Shown piece by piece: positions 1 to 16,362 of a DNA stretch of 64,000 nt. The notes below the pieces were generated by a model that was given only the letters and a program-made list of their open reading frames with translations, was not told the origin of the DNA and ran no database searches. Source of the DNA: the human T2T-CHM13v2.0 reference genome, Homo sapiens; assembly GCF_009914755.1 (NCBI RefSeq), contig NC_060939.1. One strand, 5' to 3'. Position numbers and translations under genes: made by a program. How positions within the stretch are numbered: position 1 is the first letter of the stretch; every line of letters starts with the position of its first letter.

Positions 1-474
1 ATAAAGCCTAACTTTTCAGAAGCCCTCTGCTTCCTTGTAACTCTGAGGGACAGGTAGTGGAAATTATGAGCACACTGGTAATTTCCAATCTGGGGAAGGG
101 AAATGGCATTGGAACATGCATCTATTAACCATGAAATGGACGTGACTCACAGTGTTAAGTAACAGCAAATTCCACAGAGGGACACCCATGGTAAGTTCTT
201 AGCAGAGTTGCATAGTTAATGGGATGCTGGGCAATTGGATGTTAGAAAAAGGAGCCTCCTGTGACAGAGCCTCAACGCAAAGGGATGGATCCCTTTGTGT
301 ACATTCTGTGTGATGCAGTTGCTTTCCAGGACTGAGGGGGTCAGAGGAGCCTGGTAGCCCAGAGTGGCACGGGGTGGGGAGTGGGGTGGAGAGGTGAAGA
401 AAAGCAGCAGCCCACTGGTTTTTGGGACCCCAAATAGGAGTGTGTTTTCTGTGAAAAAAAATGAAAATTAATAT

Positions 475-1132
475 TGTTATAGGTAGTTAGCCATGAGTGG
501 GGCAGGAGAGAGCTCTCCCCTGACCCACTAGAAATGTTGGGTGATGGTTCGGCAATTATTGCATTGCCGCTCTAAAAGTGATAAATTGGAAGCCAATGCC
601 AGGGAGAGGCCATTTCCTGAAGGTCTACACCTGTTAACATGTTAATTAAAGGCAGATCCCAGGGAGAAGCAACTTCCTGGGGGTGCACATTAAGAGATAA
701 AAATGGTGAAGTATGATCTTCCGGGTACACTCCACCAGAAAAAGGAAGGAAGCCTCAGATGAGCATGCGTAAAATTCCCTAAACACACTGTGTGTGCTCA
801 ATTCCCAGGGGTAAAGAGGGCACAGCGCATGTGGAAAGCCCTAAGGAGAGAATCATGGGGGAAAAGGCGAGCCTATACAATCCCAGAATCAAGGCTAAAG
901 CCACTTCTTTCCTCTCTTTGACCTTCAGGTGCCCACTAGGCTCTCTTCCAAGGGTTCTTTCCTTTCTTTCCTGTTATAAAGCCTTTTAATAAACTTCCAC
1001 TCCTGCTCTGAAACTTGCCTCTGTCTCTTTTTCTGTCTTATGCCCATCAGTCGAATTCTTTCTTCTGAGGAGGCAAGGACTGAATTTGCTGCGGGTAACT
1101 CGGGGTAACTCGAATCTCTGCCACTGCTAAGT
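475..1132 (+). mobile_element. Solo ERV1-class LTR, MER50 family-like
   Basis: Starts TGTTATAGGTAGTTAG; MER50-like body; AATAAA near 988; 3' end ...CAGTCGAATTCTTTCTTCTGAGGAGGCAAG...; 4-bp ATAT flanks at 471-474 and 1133-1136. Confidence 0.8.
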
Positions 1133-1776
1133 ATATGAGGTTTCGTAAAAATTCAAAATAAGCGATAAGAAGTAAATAAGATAGAACTGGGATCACGAAA
1201 GGAGAAATCAGATCTAGACGTAAGTGTATTTTGCTGAGGTCACCCATGCTCTTCATTCAGAGAAAATTAGCTTTAAAATCACAATGTCAAGAGTTCATAG
1301 AAATCCATTTCCCAACACTCTCTGCTCATGTTTCTCTGTCTCGTTCTGGTACCACAGGTTGGCAGTCAACTCAAGGCAGGCAGTTATGGTGGCAGACACA
1401 TTCCAGATGGAAAGATCATTTTGTTTCTAGACACTGTAACAAAGGCTTTGGCAGTTGGTGAGCAACCCTCCTGCTGGGAGCAGGTGTCTTCCCTTTGACA
1501 AGATTGCATTTTATACAGAAGAGCTTGAAATGGACTGTAACTGGTATCAGGTTGAACAAGTCAGGATTTTGAAAAGGCTTGGCTAACCAGCTTGAGATGA
1601 GGAACAATGACATGGGAAACGAATTACTTGTTTGCTAATGTCACAATAATTCAGCCATTCATCTTGAGTGGAGCATGCAGCATTAACTCTCCTCACTACC
1701 AGCCTCATGTTCTAGTCACTAAAGGCTCAATGGAAATTGTTGGCTGGGAGGACACTGAGATAGACACATGCGCGTG

Positions 1777-1804
1777 CACACACACACACACACACACACA
1801 CACA
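1777..1804. repeat. (CA)n microsatellite
   Basis: Direct CA run. Confidence 0.97.
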
Positions 1805-1999
1805 GCCCCACACCAAAACATACAATACTGTCCTCAGGATCGGAAATTTTGGAAAATAATTCCATCATGTTAGCTAGTATTTTCCCTTGGTGGACTATAC
1901 CAGATCTCTAAAATATGAGTTTATTCCCTTTGAGTTAATGTTTTCTGCAAACAATTTGACACTATAAAATATCTTTAGAATAACTACTCAAACACCCAA

Positions 2000-2378
2000 T
2001 GTATTAGTCCATTTTCACACTGCTATAAAGATACTACCTGAGACTGGGTAATTTATAAAGGAAAGAAATGTAATTGACTCACAGTTCTGCATGGCTGCGG
2101 AGGCCTCAGGAAACTTAACAATCATGGCAGATGGCAAAGGAGAAGCAAGTACCTTCTCCACAAAGCAGCAGAAGAGAGAAAGAGAAGGGGGAAGTGCCAG
2201 ACACTTATAAAAAAATCAGATCTCATGAGAACTCCCCCACTATCAGGAGAAAAGCATAGGGGAAACTACCCCCATGATCCAATCACCTCCCACCAGGTCC
2301 CTCCTTTGACATGTGGAGGTTACAATTTGGATTACAATTTGAGATGAGATCTGAGTGGGGCACAGCCAAACCATATCA
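2000..2378 (-). mobile_element. THE1D-like MaLR solo LTR
   Basis: TGTATTAGTCC...CCAAACCATATCA termini; GGCCTCAGGAAACTT motif; perfect 5-bp TSD CCCAA (1995-1999, 2379-2383). Confidence 0.92.
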
Positions 2379-2389
2379 CCCAACAACAA

Positions 2390-2760
2390 TAAAATGGCTA
2401 AATAGTAATAGAATCGCACAATGAATGAACAATTATAAATATATGCAGAAATATGGATGATTCTCACAAGCACAAGAATGAGCAAAAGAAGTCAGACCCC
2501 AAAAAGGGCATACTACATCATTCCATTTATAAGAAGTACACAAGAGGAGATACTAGTGTATGTGGTTGGAAGGCAGGAAATAGTTATTACTCTGGGGATT
2601 GGAGAGGATAGTCCAGTGACTGAGGGGCCAGAGAAGGTGCTAATAATGTATGGTTTCTTGATGTAGGGTTGCTTACATGAATGCATCCAGTTTGTGATGA
2701 TTCATCAAACCACTTGTATGCACTTTCCTTGATGTACCTTCATTTAAAGTCAAAGTATTA
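2390..2760 (+). mobile_element. Ancient L1M (L1ME/MD-like) 3' fragment
   Basis: ATGGATGATTCTCAC...AAAAGAAGTCAGAC...TTCCATTTATA pattern of old L1 3' ends. Confidence 0.6.
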
Positions 2761-3309
2761 AATATTCTTATCACACCAGATTTCTGATAAACAAAATCAT
2801 GTTTTACTTTTTTTTTTTGAAATTTGGGATACTCATCTGCTGAACTGCAGTAAAAGGATAAATTAGACTTTAGATATTGTTCTTTATGTGTGATGGCTTT
2901 GTCCGTGGTTTAGAGAGTCTTGGATTATGAACAGACTTGAGACATGAGGCATCTGAATTAAGCAATGAGTGTCTTATGGGTTAACTTCAAACATATGTTT
3001 TCAATTCCTTCCCCAATCAAATTCTAACCATGACCTATTTTGGGTTAACATTAAACTGGAAATGCATTCTACTGCTGTCTCATGTTGAATGTAAAATCCT
3101 GCCTGGTGTAAAAAAATAAATTATGTTTTTAAAGTATGTACGTGAGCTTTGGGGACAAAGTTAAATTGAACCCTCTTTTTCCCTAGATTCTTTTACTTTC
3201 TCTTGCATACATATTGATCTACCAGATCTTTTTCCCACTCCGTAGATTGTAAGTTGCTGCTATAACTTGACTTTTATTAAGTAGTGAGTTGTATCACAAA
3301 GCACGTGGT

Positions 3310-3465
3310 GGTAATGAACTTAGACGCATGTTGGCAGTGTTGATGTTGTATCCCAGCTCTTCCACTCTCTTACTGGGATCTTAGGCAAATCATTTCCTCT
3401 CTTGGAGTCCTCAGTTTCTTCATTGGTAGAATGAGCCATTTGATCTGAATAATCTCTTAAAGATT
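3310..3465 (+). mobile_element. MIR fragment
   Basis: MIR core: ATCCCAGCTCTTCCACT...GGCAAATCATTT...CCTCAGTTTCTTCAT. Confidence 0.6.
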
Positions 3466-3537
3466 CATGGATTAACACAAATAAATAGACAAAGGTTTGA
3501 CAAAGCTTTATACACTATTGTAAAAATACCCCCCAGA

Positions 3538-3922
3538 GCTAAAAATTAAAACAACTGAACCTGTGGAGATAGAGAGTAGAAGGATGGTTTCCAGAGTCTG
3601 GGAAGGGTAGTGGGAGGTTGGTGGCGGGGATGTGGGGATGGTTATTGGGTACAAAAAATAATTAGAAATTATGAATAAAGTCCAGTACTTAATAGCACAA
3701 CAGGGTGATTATAGTCAATAATAATTTAATGGTATATTTAAAAATAACTAAAGGAGTATAATTGAGTTGTTTGTAACACAAAGGATAAATTCTTGAGGTG
3801 ATGAATACCCCATTTATCCTGAAGTGATTATTATACACTGCATGCCTGTATCAAAAGATCTTATATACCCCATAAATATATATATATACCTACTACTTAC
3901 GCATAAAAAATAAAAATAATTT
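3538..3922 (+). mobile_element. L1MA-type 3' end, 5'-truncated
   Basis: GCTAAAAATTAAAACAACTGAAC...GAGAGTAGAAGGATGGTT; A-rich tail; degenerate TSD TAAAAAT(A)CCC.CCAGA at ~3521 and ~3923. Confidence 0.85.
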
Positions 3923-5299
3923 TAAAAATCCCACCAGAAGGGTTTCTACTGGGTGATTTTAAGGGGGATAGGGGGTATGGGTAGAGGGGCAGAAAGGCCC
4001 TAAAGGTTTACTGGGTTATGGCAAAGAGTTTCCTCACTTATCCCAGAATAAAAATTATTTCAAATAGCATTGGAATGGTAGTGGAAAGTTCAGAAGTTAT
4101 GACTAGGTTTTTCTCAGACATCAATTCTACCTTTATCCTTGGGTATTACTTTTTGTTGTCCTTACTTAAAACATGGAGTTCTAATAAACAGAAAAGAAAA
4201 TAACCCCCAGAATGGAATATGTCAAACTAGAGTGACATTTGTCATTCAAAGCCAAGGAAGTAAATCTTAACTGAAGCTCAGGAACTGTGTAATTATAGTG
4301 AATCTTCCCCATCAGCTTGTAACTGGGATTCTAGTATCAGGAGAAGCCATATTCCCATCCCCCAGAGGAGGAGCGGTTATGAATTTCTGGCATGTTTGGG
4401 GTTCAGAGAATGTTCTCAACCAGAGTAGATACCAAACTGAGCAATACTATGTCACAAAGGGGCCGTTTTCAGCACTGTAAAATTTCCTTATTTCTTCTAC
4501 AACTTAGAGCTGGTGTTAAGGTATAAGGTTATCAGAAAAGAGGATTTAAGTCCTTCTGGGCACATAATTCCAGCATAACATGAAAAATGTCAAGTTTGGG
4601 ATGGGAGAACAGCTGCCAAGTCAGATTAGTTCAATTCTTTTCTACCTGGCAACTGTTGACAATTGGCTGCTGTTTGTCATAGATTCATGGAGAACTGAAA
4701 AACAAACAAGCAAAGAAACAAAAAACAGTCTTTCTGAACTAAATGCCTCAAGCTTCAGGTCATTTTAAAAGGAAAAGGCTATTTTAATCACCCTGTTTGG
4801 AGTTCGGCCCTCTGAAGGCCATTTTAAGGTATCCCATTTAGGCTGTTTATTACAGTAAAAAAAAAAAAAAAAAAAAAAGCTGAGGGTAACCAGCTCTTTG
4901 ATAGCATGTCTATGAGATTTGTCTCTTGACTTCCTTAAAGCTGTCTTTTCTGAGTTAGAAATACTCTCCAGAAGAATTGCCTGTGAAATCATTGGAATCG
5001 ACCCAGAATCCTCTTCTGGCACATGACCTCACAGAATCTCCTTAAGGCATCTTTTCTGATAGCTGAAGGGAAAGCAACTGAATAGATGGCTTGGACTGCC
5101 CTGGGTTGTTATAGTTGCTTTAAAAAAAAAAATTTGTCAGATTAGAACCTTGCATGGCCCACTAATGAAACTTACAAAGCTTAATAGGAGAAGATGATTT
5201 ACCTTATCCAAGTTACAACAGCTCATTCAGAGGGTTTTTTGGACAGGGGCAGAAAGACTTTTACTGGTTTATACCTAGGTGAATTAAGTCAATTATTCC

Positions 5300-5425
5300 T
5301 GTCAAAAGAAAAACTTTAGACAAAATAAACTTAACAGGGTTTATTTGAGCAAACAACAATTCATGAATGGAGCATCGCTCAATCGGAAATAGGTTTAGAG
5401 AACTCCACTGCAGAATAGGTTTAGA
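5300..5425. mobile_element. Possible ERV1-class LTR end fragment
   Basis: TGTCAAAAGAAAAACTTTAGACAAA...TTTATTTGAGCAAA resembles a MER4-group LTR terminus. Confidence 0.35.
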
Positions 5426-5832
5426 GAACTACCCACAGCCTGGGTAGCTGGGAACTTGTAAATGCAAAAGGAGATGCTGTCTGGCCCTCAAAACATATCC
5501 TTCTCTTACTAGTTCTATAATAAATGTATAATTCATTCAGAAATGAATTATACATTTGAACATTGCTACCTGAGCTAATCTCACTCAAACTAATTTCAGA
5601 TACAGGGTCCGAAGATATCCCATATTGTTGATAGTACAAATGGTACATTACTAAAAGGGTAGATGGTGTCTGTGTTGGAGAAGAGATGATATAACTGATG
5701 CCTTTATTCCTGTTTAGAGGAAAAAAGACTAAGGAAAACTGAATAGAATTTGAGTCATGTAAGTATGCATAAATATTCAAAGGGCAGTGCTAAGTACCAT
5801 TGGGGATTATCTATTACTAAAATATTGACATG

Positions 5833-6173
5833 CAGATGAACCTTGACTTATGATAGGGTAACTTCCCAATAAACCCATCAGAAGTTGAAAATATTATAAG
5901 CTGAAAATGTATTTAATGCATCTAACCTATGGAACAGCATAGCTTAGCCTAGCCTAACTTAAACACGCTTAGAGCACTTACATAAACCTACAGTTGGGCA
6001 AAATCATCTAACACAAAGCCTGTTTTATAACAAAGTGTTGAATACCTCATGGAATTTATTGGACACTGTACTGAAAGTGAAAAACAGAATGGTTGTATGG
6101 GTATTCAAAGTATGGTTTTTATTGAATGGGTTTCCCTTTCACACAATCTTAAAGTTAAAACCTCATGTCAATC
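5833..6173. mobile_element. MER47A (TcMar-Tigger) left part
   Basis: CAGATG...TTGACTTATGAT terminus; AGCTTAGCCTAGCCT; CTACAGTTGGGCAAAATCATCTAACACAAAGCCT. Confidence 0.85.
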
Positions 6174-8619
<2,446 letters not shown>

Positions 8620-8894
8620 TGGTCATGCTAAATGCAATGAAGTGTCTTGGATCAGATCTTGGAACAGATAAAGGATACTAGTAGAGAAAGAGTGGTAAAA
8701 TCTGTAGTTTAGATAATAGAAATGTATTGATGTTAATTTCTTGGTTTTGACAAATGTACTGTGGTATATGAGATGATAGCATTTGGGGAAAGTGGGTAAA
8801 GGGTATGCAGAAATTTTCTGGGGTATCTTTGTGATTTTTCTGTAAATCTAAAATTGTTCCAAAGTAAAGTTTATTTTAAAAATTGAAAAAAAAA
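8620..8894 (+). mobile_element. Old L1MC/MD-type 3' end (probably transduced)
   Basis: CTAAATGCAATG...TTGGAACAGA...GTTAATTTCTTGGTTTTGACAAATGTACT...TTTTCTGTAAATCTAAAATTGTTCC followed by an A run. Confidence 0.75.
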
Positions 8895-8928
8895 TTCCTG
8901 TCAATCATCGTAACTCAGGGGCCATCTG
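8895..8928. mobile_element. MER47A right terminus
   Basis: CATCGTAACTCAGGGGCCATCTG|TA completes the element begun at 5833. Confidence 0.75.
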
Positions 8929-9194
8929 TACTTCCTTCTTAACACTGAAAAAAAGCCTCTCCCCTCAGCCCGAAATTGGCTGCCTCAGCTCTTCCCTGAG
9001 GATCCCAGAACTTCCCCACATCCAGAAATTAAAGGGATTTAACTGGCACAGCAAGGAGCCTCCAGTACACAGCTGGTGCACTATCGCCTTAATCAGGCTA
9101 CCTGATTAAATCAGGGATCTCCAATAAGCCATGGCCAGTGTGGATATATGGATGTGCTATCAATTAATAGCCTGGAACCAACATTGTTGTTCCT

Positions 9195-9405
9195 CCAATT
9201 ATTAGCTAGACAACCTTGGGCAAGTAACTTAATCTTTCTGTGCCTCTGTTTCCTTATCTGTAAAATATCAATAACTCCATACAGTTGATAGTGTTTCCTT
9301 ATGTGTAATATCTATAAGTATAATAGTATCTACTCCAAGGGGTTGTTGATACAATTAAATTGAGTATATGTATATAAAATTCTTAGAACAGGGCCTAGAT
9401 AAGTG
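9195..9405 (+). mobile_element. MIR
   Basis: ACCTTGGGCAAGTAACTTAATC...TGCCTCTGTTTCCTTATCTGTAAAAT core. Confidence 0.8.
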
Positions 9406-12400
9406 TTGGGGATGATGATGATGAGGAGGATGATGATGAAAATGATGACTGATCTAGACATGAGAATGGTCACGTGTCCATGAGGCAAATCTCTGATGAT
9501 GTGGAGTGTTTGATACTGAAAGGTGAAAACTAACCTGGTCATATCGTCTCTTTTGGGGATTATGATTATTGATTTGCACTGAGATGACTCATTATTTCAG
9601 TCTGAGCAATAATTCAAACACTGGTGAGCTACCATTCCTATTATCCATGAGGCATGGTGCATATACCACAGGGTATAATAATAAACTCCCATCATCAAAA
9701 GCAGTCTGGGTTTTTCTCCTTTGTGCTGCCTGAAAGAGCATAAATAATACAACTAGAAGGACAGTTCTGATCACCAACTCACATATCTATATGCAAAGTG
9801 CTTATTATAGGAATCTTTCAAGAGAACATAAATCCCTAGGGCAGTGGTTGTTGCCCTTTCAAATGAGGTCTACTGGTCTCAGGGTCCCCCAGACTACCTG
9901 CTGACCAGCCAAGTGTGGCATTTTTGGCCTATATGAAGTCCATGGCCAGTCTAAGATTTAAAAAAGAAGAAGTAAGAAGTTGGGGATGGGGGAAGAAAGA
10001 AGTTTTGTATCTTGTATGTCTAGAGTAATTCTTCCCAGCAAAGAGTGAGTTCTCTGGATGGATTCAAAGCGAAGTCTTAACTATTTTTACTGTTTTAAGT
10101 GGAAAGTATGCCTTACAAAGGACTGTAAGATCCTTTGAGATTAAGGTAAGAAATAGTGTCCACAGGTTAGGAGAACAGGGAATACAAAAGTATGGATGAA
10201 TAAAAGTACATCTGCTGGGCTAACCTAGGCCCACTCTGAATTTTCATCTTTTCTCTATTTCCTCCTCTCCCCATCCCTCCCATTTTATTTTCCTCCCAGT
10301 GCACCACTGGGAGACAGAAGCCTAAAGTGAAGTAGCAGGAAATGACTAACCGTGATTGGAGTGGGTCAGAGGGCATTACCCTTGGGATTGGAGACAATTG
10401 AAGCAAACACCTGCTCCCACGACAATGCCTCTATGGACTTGGCCCACTTCATCTGCTGTGACAAGCATCTTCACAACAGATGAAGCAGGAACTTCATCGC
10501 AAATAAGTCCATGTAGCCCCCAAACTGGAGAACGCTATCATAGAAAAATCAAAGTGTGTTTTATGGTTCTGAGCCATCATAGACAGCCAGGTAGGGAAAA
10601 TACCAGTAGGGAATAAAGGCCATAGGGAATAAAAATGTATGTCATTGAGACATTCTACCTACATGGCATTTCCCTTCTCTAGTCATATTCCTCAGTGGCA
10701 GTAAGATTACATCTGAAGGATGGAAAACAGTGGGCTCAATGCACTCAGAATATTAATAACATATTTTCTTTGCTCTGCACCTCTATCTGTTGAGTTATTT
10801 GCCAAATTGGGGATGACATGCCTTTGCCATTTGTCTTGCTTATGTGTTTTAAGATTTCTTGACCCACAGCACTACAAAGAGAAAACAAGTTCACTTTTGG
10901 TGTGAATGAGAATTATATTTATAATTTTCTAAATTATATTAACTGAATAGTCTAACAGTAAGAGTTTGAATGGGAGAAAAATGCAGTTACACTGCTGGAA
11001 TTCTAATCAAGAGACTTTCTTGAGATATACAACAAGAAAGAAAGAGTGGAGTAAGAAAGTAGTTTTGTTATGTATATGGTGAGTCCACCTTACCTCTGAT
11101 TTGTGCAGAAAATGCTGACAGTGATAGAGCATTATGAGAGAGGAAGGAAATATAGTTGGCAAATTTTCTTCGATTCAATATGCAGTCTTGACAACCCTGA
11201 ACAGAGTATTGAATGTTGGTCATCAAACTCAAAGCTCTGAAAAGATATAAAACTACCTGAGGGATCCTTGCCCCCAAATGTTTTGTCCATGGTGGAGTCT
11301 TTGTTTCATTAAGGGGCCAAGGGATGAGGCAAAGCTGTCAAGAGGACGTAAAGATTACCTCCAATTGCTAAGAGCAGATGGTGGCTAATGGCAAGTGTTT
11401 TTAACAGAGCTTTATTGTTCCAGGTTGAGGCATTAATACGTCTCCGTGGGGTTTTTCTGGTTTTATTTATTTTTTTTTATTTTAAAAAGTCACTTTGTAA
11501 AATGACCATGTGACATGCTTTGTAATTTTTGCTTGCACTGGCCTTCCATGTTGTATTAATATTTGTCTCTCATTTTCCTGATGTGGGGATGGCATTTGGG
11601 ATCCAACCAAAAGCAGGTCTGTATTATTTTGAGCTTTCACATTAAAAAGGAAAGCATTGATTCTTCCAAATTGGAGCAAAGACTTGTCCCCCTTTCCTGA
11701 GCAATTGCAAGAGCTTTGAAATAATAGTAAATATAGCCTGTTTCCACATGCTAAATGGGTTTGACATGACTCAATGCAAACAGTCCCAAACTTGTTTGTG
11801 CCAGCTACAACTGTTTAGTAGCCTTAGAAGAAAAGAAAGCTTCTTAACACCTTTATTTCTCTAACAAAGCAACTTCAGTCACTGCAGATTTAAATCTGAT
11901 TTCGGAGTGATTATCTCTTTGTTTGATTTCTAAATCCCAAGTATTTTTTTGGACTCCATCTAGTCGTGACTAGAGCACAGGGCAGATGATTAATGCCAAC
12001 ACAAAAGAACACTGAAAACAGAGAGTCTGAAGCCCATTTTATACTTTCTTTGCCATCAGAGTACATCCAGTTATTGATAGAGGAAAATTATAACCGGTGA
12101 GAAACTAGCCTTCCCCCCGTCCCCCTTGCTCTTTCCAGGGATCCAGGGAGTCTTTCATACTCAGAAGCCCAGCTGTAGATATGACCAGTGGAAGTTAGGT
12201 AACAACAGCGGCGGTTAGCATTGTGTTTCCTGAATCGCTGGAAATAATTCCTGGGCACAGTCTGAAACACATTTTTAGGCTCTAGAATATTCCTTCTCCA
12301 TCCCTCATGCCCCATATCAAGACATGTCTTTGTCTCTTTGTAAAACTAAATGCAGTAAACTTGAGATAAAGGATCCAACTAGCAAACATCCTTCTCTGGC

Positions 12401-13287
12401 TGTTATTGGATTGCTTGGAGAAAGTAGTAGGAAGGAAGGGTAGGTATCTATTGACCTTGGGGTATTTTTTCCATGTTGGCAACCACTTTCAGAGCAAGGT
12501 ACTCCCAGAAAAGATATTCTGGAGCAAGCCCTTCAATCTCAAACAGGCATCTCCCCTGATGCATTGGAATTCATTGGAATTCAGACCAGCCCCCAAAAAC
12601 CAGCCTCAGTGTGTCCATGACAGCTTCGCAGTTGGAAGCCTGAGATCTACGGCCACCAACTGTTTCCAGCTTTAAAGAGAAAATAACAAACAAGCAAACA
12701 CAACAGAAAGAAAGATCAGGTTCCTTATTTGGCAGTTATCAGCTGCTTAGACTTGTTGTATTCACTCAGGAAAAGTTGTAGAAAAATCTCCCTCCCTTTT
12801 AAAATTATAAAGCAAACAGCTCAACCTCTTAGACTCCAATACTGCCATGGGGTAAAGGTGCCAAATAAACACATTTTCCACATCCCACCCTCCTCCCTGC
12901 AGCACCAAGTGTCTTGGACTGTGTTTGTACCTGGAGAGAAAAGGAAAAAAAATCAGGAAATTTTGTACTTTTGATGCAGCCAGGAGCCCTATTACTAATT
13001 AAACCACAGTAGCTTCTTTTTTTTGAGCATGGGATCACCAACCAGTGGGAACTTGGTACCTCCAACAGAGTTAGAAGGTTCCGTTGAAATGGGTAATAGA
13101 ATTTTGCACCTCAAATAAAATCCTAGAAATAGCAGCAGCCTTCTCATCTCCTCTTTATCACTTTTTCCCCTACCTAGCCTGTCTGGGAAGAGTGAAGATA
13201 TCTTAAACCCTTTCTGCCATTGGCCTTCAAATCTTACAAGGTCCAGTTGAGCAGTGATTAAGCCAAGACCCTCAATGATTGCTATTG

Positions 13288-14137
13288 TATCAATTAGGAT
13301 GACTTGGGCTGTAAAGGGCAAAAAAAAAAATCTTACCTTACCTGGCTTAAACAGTAAGGGCATTTGTGATCTTATATAACAAGACTCCTAGCATCAGGTG
13401 GCACTAGGATGGCTCAATAAAACACCTCAAGGATGTCGGGATCTTTATTCATTCTTTTTGCCACTATACCAACCTCAATATACTGGCCTTGTCCTTGACA
13501 AACTCCTCAAACTTGCAAGATGACATCTACAACTAGAAGCATCTTTGGCAAGCAACAGCATCCAGTTGAATGAAAGGGATGTTTATTATCATGTGTCTCT
13601 CTCTCTCTCTCTCTTTTTTTTTTTTTGAGACAGAGTTTCACTCTGTTTCCAGGCTGGAGTGCAGTGTCACGATCTCAGCTCACTGCAGTCTCCAATTCCC
13701 TGGTTCAAGCAGTTCTCCTGCCTTAGCCTCCTGAGTAGACTGGGATTACAAGCACAAGCCACCATGCCCAGCTAATTTTTATATTTTTAGTAGAGACGAG
13801 GTTTCACCATGTTGGCCAGGATGGTCTCGATCTCCTGACCTCATGATCCACCTGCCTCGGCCTCCCAAAGTGCTGGGATTACAGATGTGAGTCACCAAGC
13901 CTGGCCTTGTCTCTTTTTAAGAAAGAAGATTTATTTGCTAAAAAAAACTCCCACCAGATCCCCCCTTACTTCTTATTGGCTGTGTCACATGCCTGCTCCC
14001 AAGCCCAGTTACTTGCTAGGGCAATGGAACAACAGTGACTGACTGAGATGAATCAGGATTTTCACCAGACTATGCTGGGAGAAGGTAGAAACCTGAATTA
14101 AATCAGAGTGAATGGCTATTGGGCATGTAACCAACAT
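13288..14137 (-). mobile_element. Old MaLR LTR (MLT1K/L-like), split by an Alu
   Basis: TGGCTTAAACAGTAAGG, CAAGATG.C, TATTGGCTGTGTCACATGCC motifs on both sides of the Alu. Confidence 0.6.
13614..13906 (-). mobile_element. AluS (Sc/Sg-like)
   Basis: Full dimer; T/(CT)n tail; TGTCTCT flanks. Confidence 0.95.
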
Positions 14138-15619
14138 TCCGGTCCCAGCTTCAATAGCCAAATTGGCTCCTGAATACTTTTTACTTAGTATTTCATTAAA
14201 TTCTCTCTGCAAAATGTAGAAATAAAAATAAGAAATGCTTACTTATAAATATTTTCTGGTTCCAGTGCTCACAAGTTAAAGATGTACATAAGAATACATA
14301 GAATAATCAAGAGTAGAACTAAAAATACATATATATTTATTTCTCTAGGTTTATTTTTTCACTCCGAAATCTTTGGGGTTTCAAAGACATTATTCTGGCG
14401 AGATTGTCTTTCTTTCAATAATTATTTTCTTCAAAATTCTTAGAAAAGCAATATGTTCCTTTTTTCCCCACTAAATAACTCCAATTACCCTGTATGGATG
14501 GGAGCCTCCAAGTTATTCTAAACCAGCACATGTGGACCTTGCCCAGCACAGAGACTTTTTTTCAGTATTAAGGACCAAAGACTGGAATTCACCTTCTTCT
14601 CTAGGTGATCACCTTTTCCTGAACCTAGAACATTTCTGGATGGGGCACATGTGTTGACCCAGCCAGAATGAGCCACAGCCCATTCTTATAGAGATAGAAG
14701 AAAAAATAAACCTGGAGCTGGAGGGCTGATCAATATCACTGCTTGTAATAAACAAATCCCATACCTTATATATCCTATGCCAAATTCAATGATTTTTCTC
14801 AACTACTGAGGCCATAAGGAAGAATTTCTTGTATCTGTTTCATTAAACAATAATTATATTTTCTAATGTAAAGGATAACTACAGAAATAATTTATAGAAA
14901 TCGTAAATCACAGTGTCTGTTATTTGGCAAACCCATGTGTTCCATCAACTCAAATCATTCAGAACTTGCTGTACTTTACAGACTTTATAGGCTGTGTTGC
15001 TGCAGGGCCAGGCAGGCTGGTCAAAACTTGTTGTGGGAGGAGTTCAGGTTTGGGAAAGATGGTAGATGAAGATAATGTGACACTTCTCTATCTACAAAGA
15101 CTTAGAAAATGCTTCAAAATGTAATAAAATGAAATGTTTAAATGCAGAATGAACTCACAAGCAAGAAGAGGAACACCCAAGCTGTCTGAAATAAAGGAAG
15201 AACTAAAACAAGAATCAGAAACACATAAGCGAATGGGTCAGGAAGGCCAGAGTGTGGTGAGGTGGGGACCATTTTAATACTATGTGCCAGGATAGGAGAT
15301 AGAGTCTTTAAACCAAGGGTAAGGACAGTGGGAACCAAGCCTCTGGATTAAAGCTGGGTGTCTCCAAGGGTCGTAGCCTCAGTGGAAAGGAAGACTTGAG
15401 AAGTCCTAAATGACTTGAGACGAACACATGGATTTGCCAAATAACAGACACTGTGAGTCACCATTTCTATAAATTATTTCTAAAGTTATGATGTACATTA
15501 GACTTGCAGATGCTACTGTGGTAAGGGGTGTGATATAGAAACTTGTCTGTCTCTGCCTGAGATTTGGGTAGGAATGCAATTTTTCCCAGAGGGAAAAAAA
15601 ATAAAAAACAGGATAGTGC

Positions 15620-15731
15620 TAAGGTGGTCGATCATCTTGGTTTGCCCAGGACTGTCCAAGTTTTAAGTCTGGAAGTCTTGGATCCTGGAAACTCCCTCAG
15701 TTCTAGGCAAAGCAGTAGAGTTGGTCACTCT
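15620..15731. mobile_element. MER81-like hAT MITE
   Basis: GGTTTGCCCAGGACTGTCC...GGAAACTCCCTCAGT...GTTGGTCACTCT with terminal inverted repeats. Confidence 0.65.
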
Positions 15732-16124
15732 TCCTGTTGCTTGTATTATCTGGAGTCCAAATGCACACTACCATTTCCAGGAACTCCCCACACCAAGAAG
15801 CTGGTGATACCTCTGTGGTATTTGGTAGAAGAAAATGCAGATCCTCTCAGGTCTCACAGGCCAAGCCATAGGGATTCCTGGCATGAGGTGGAGCATGGGA
15901 ATAGAGTGTCTATTAAAGATGAGCCAAGAATGAAAATAATAAGTACACAAGGCAATAATCCACCACATCACAACAACCTGGAATGACAGGGCAAGAATGT
16001 AGAAGAGAGTATACAGTGAAAATATTAAAAATTACTAAAGATGTAAGTGTGTGTGCATGTGTGCACGCTGAGAAAAGCACTAGGCACAAAATGAAAGCAC
16101 AGGCAGGTTTGAAAAGAAATCAAT

Positions 16125-16350
16125 AAGGTTATATATTTGTTATTTTTTCCTTGTAAGTCTGTCAATTTTTTTGTGTATTTTGATGCTAAGTTGAAATTAC
16201 AAATTAGTAATTGTTATATTTATCACTGGTAATAATCCCTTTTAACATTAAATTATGATCTTCTTTATTACTAATAATGCATTATGCCTCATAGTATTTT
16301 GCTAGTATTAATATAGCTATAACAGTTCTTTTTGTTAGCTTTATTTCCTT
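16125..16350 (-). mobile_element. Ancient L1M fragment (resumes ~19085-19400)
   Basis: T-rich antisense L1 pattern (TATTAATATAGCTAT...CTTTTTGTTAG). Confidence 0.5.
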
Positions 16351-16362
16351 TTGGGAGGTCAG

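Noticed and set aside
5388-5430. 17-bp repeat AATAGGTTTAGAGAACT twice, and other short repeats (10605-10632, 24705-24738), as CRISPR-like arrays
   Set aside because: Only 2-4 short copies with no repeat-spacer periodicity, in eukaryotic DNA; these are simple local slippage duplications.
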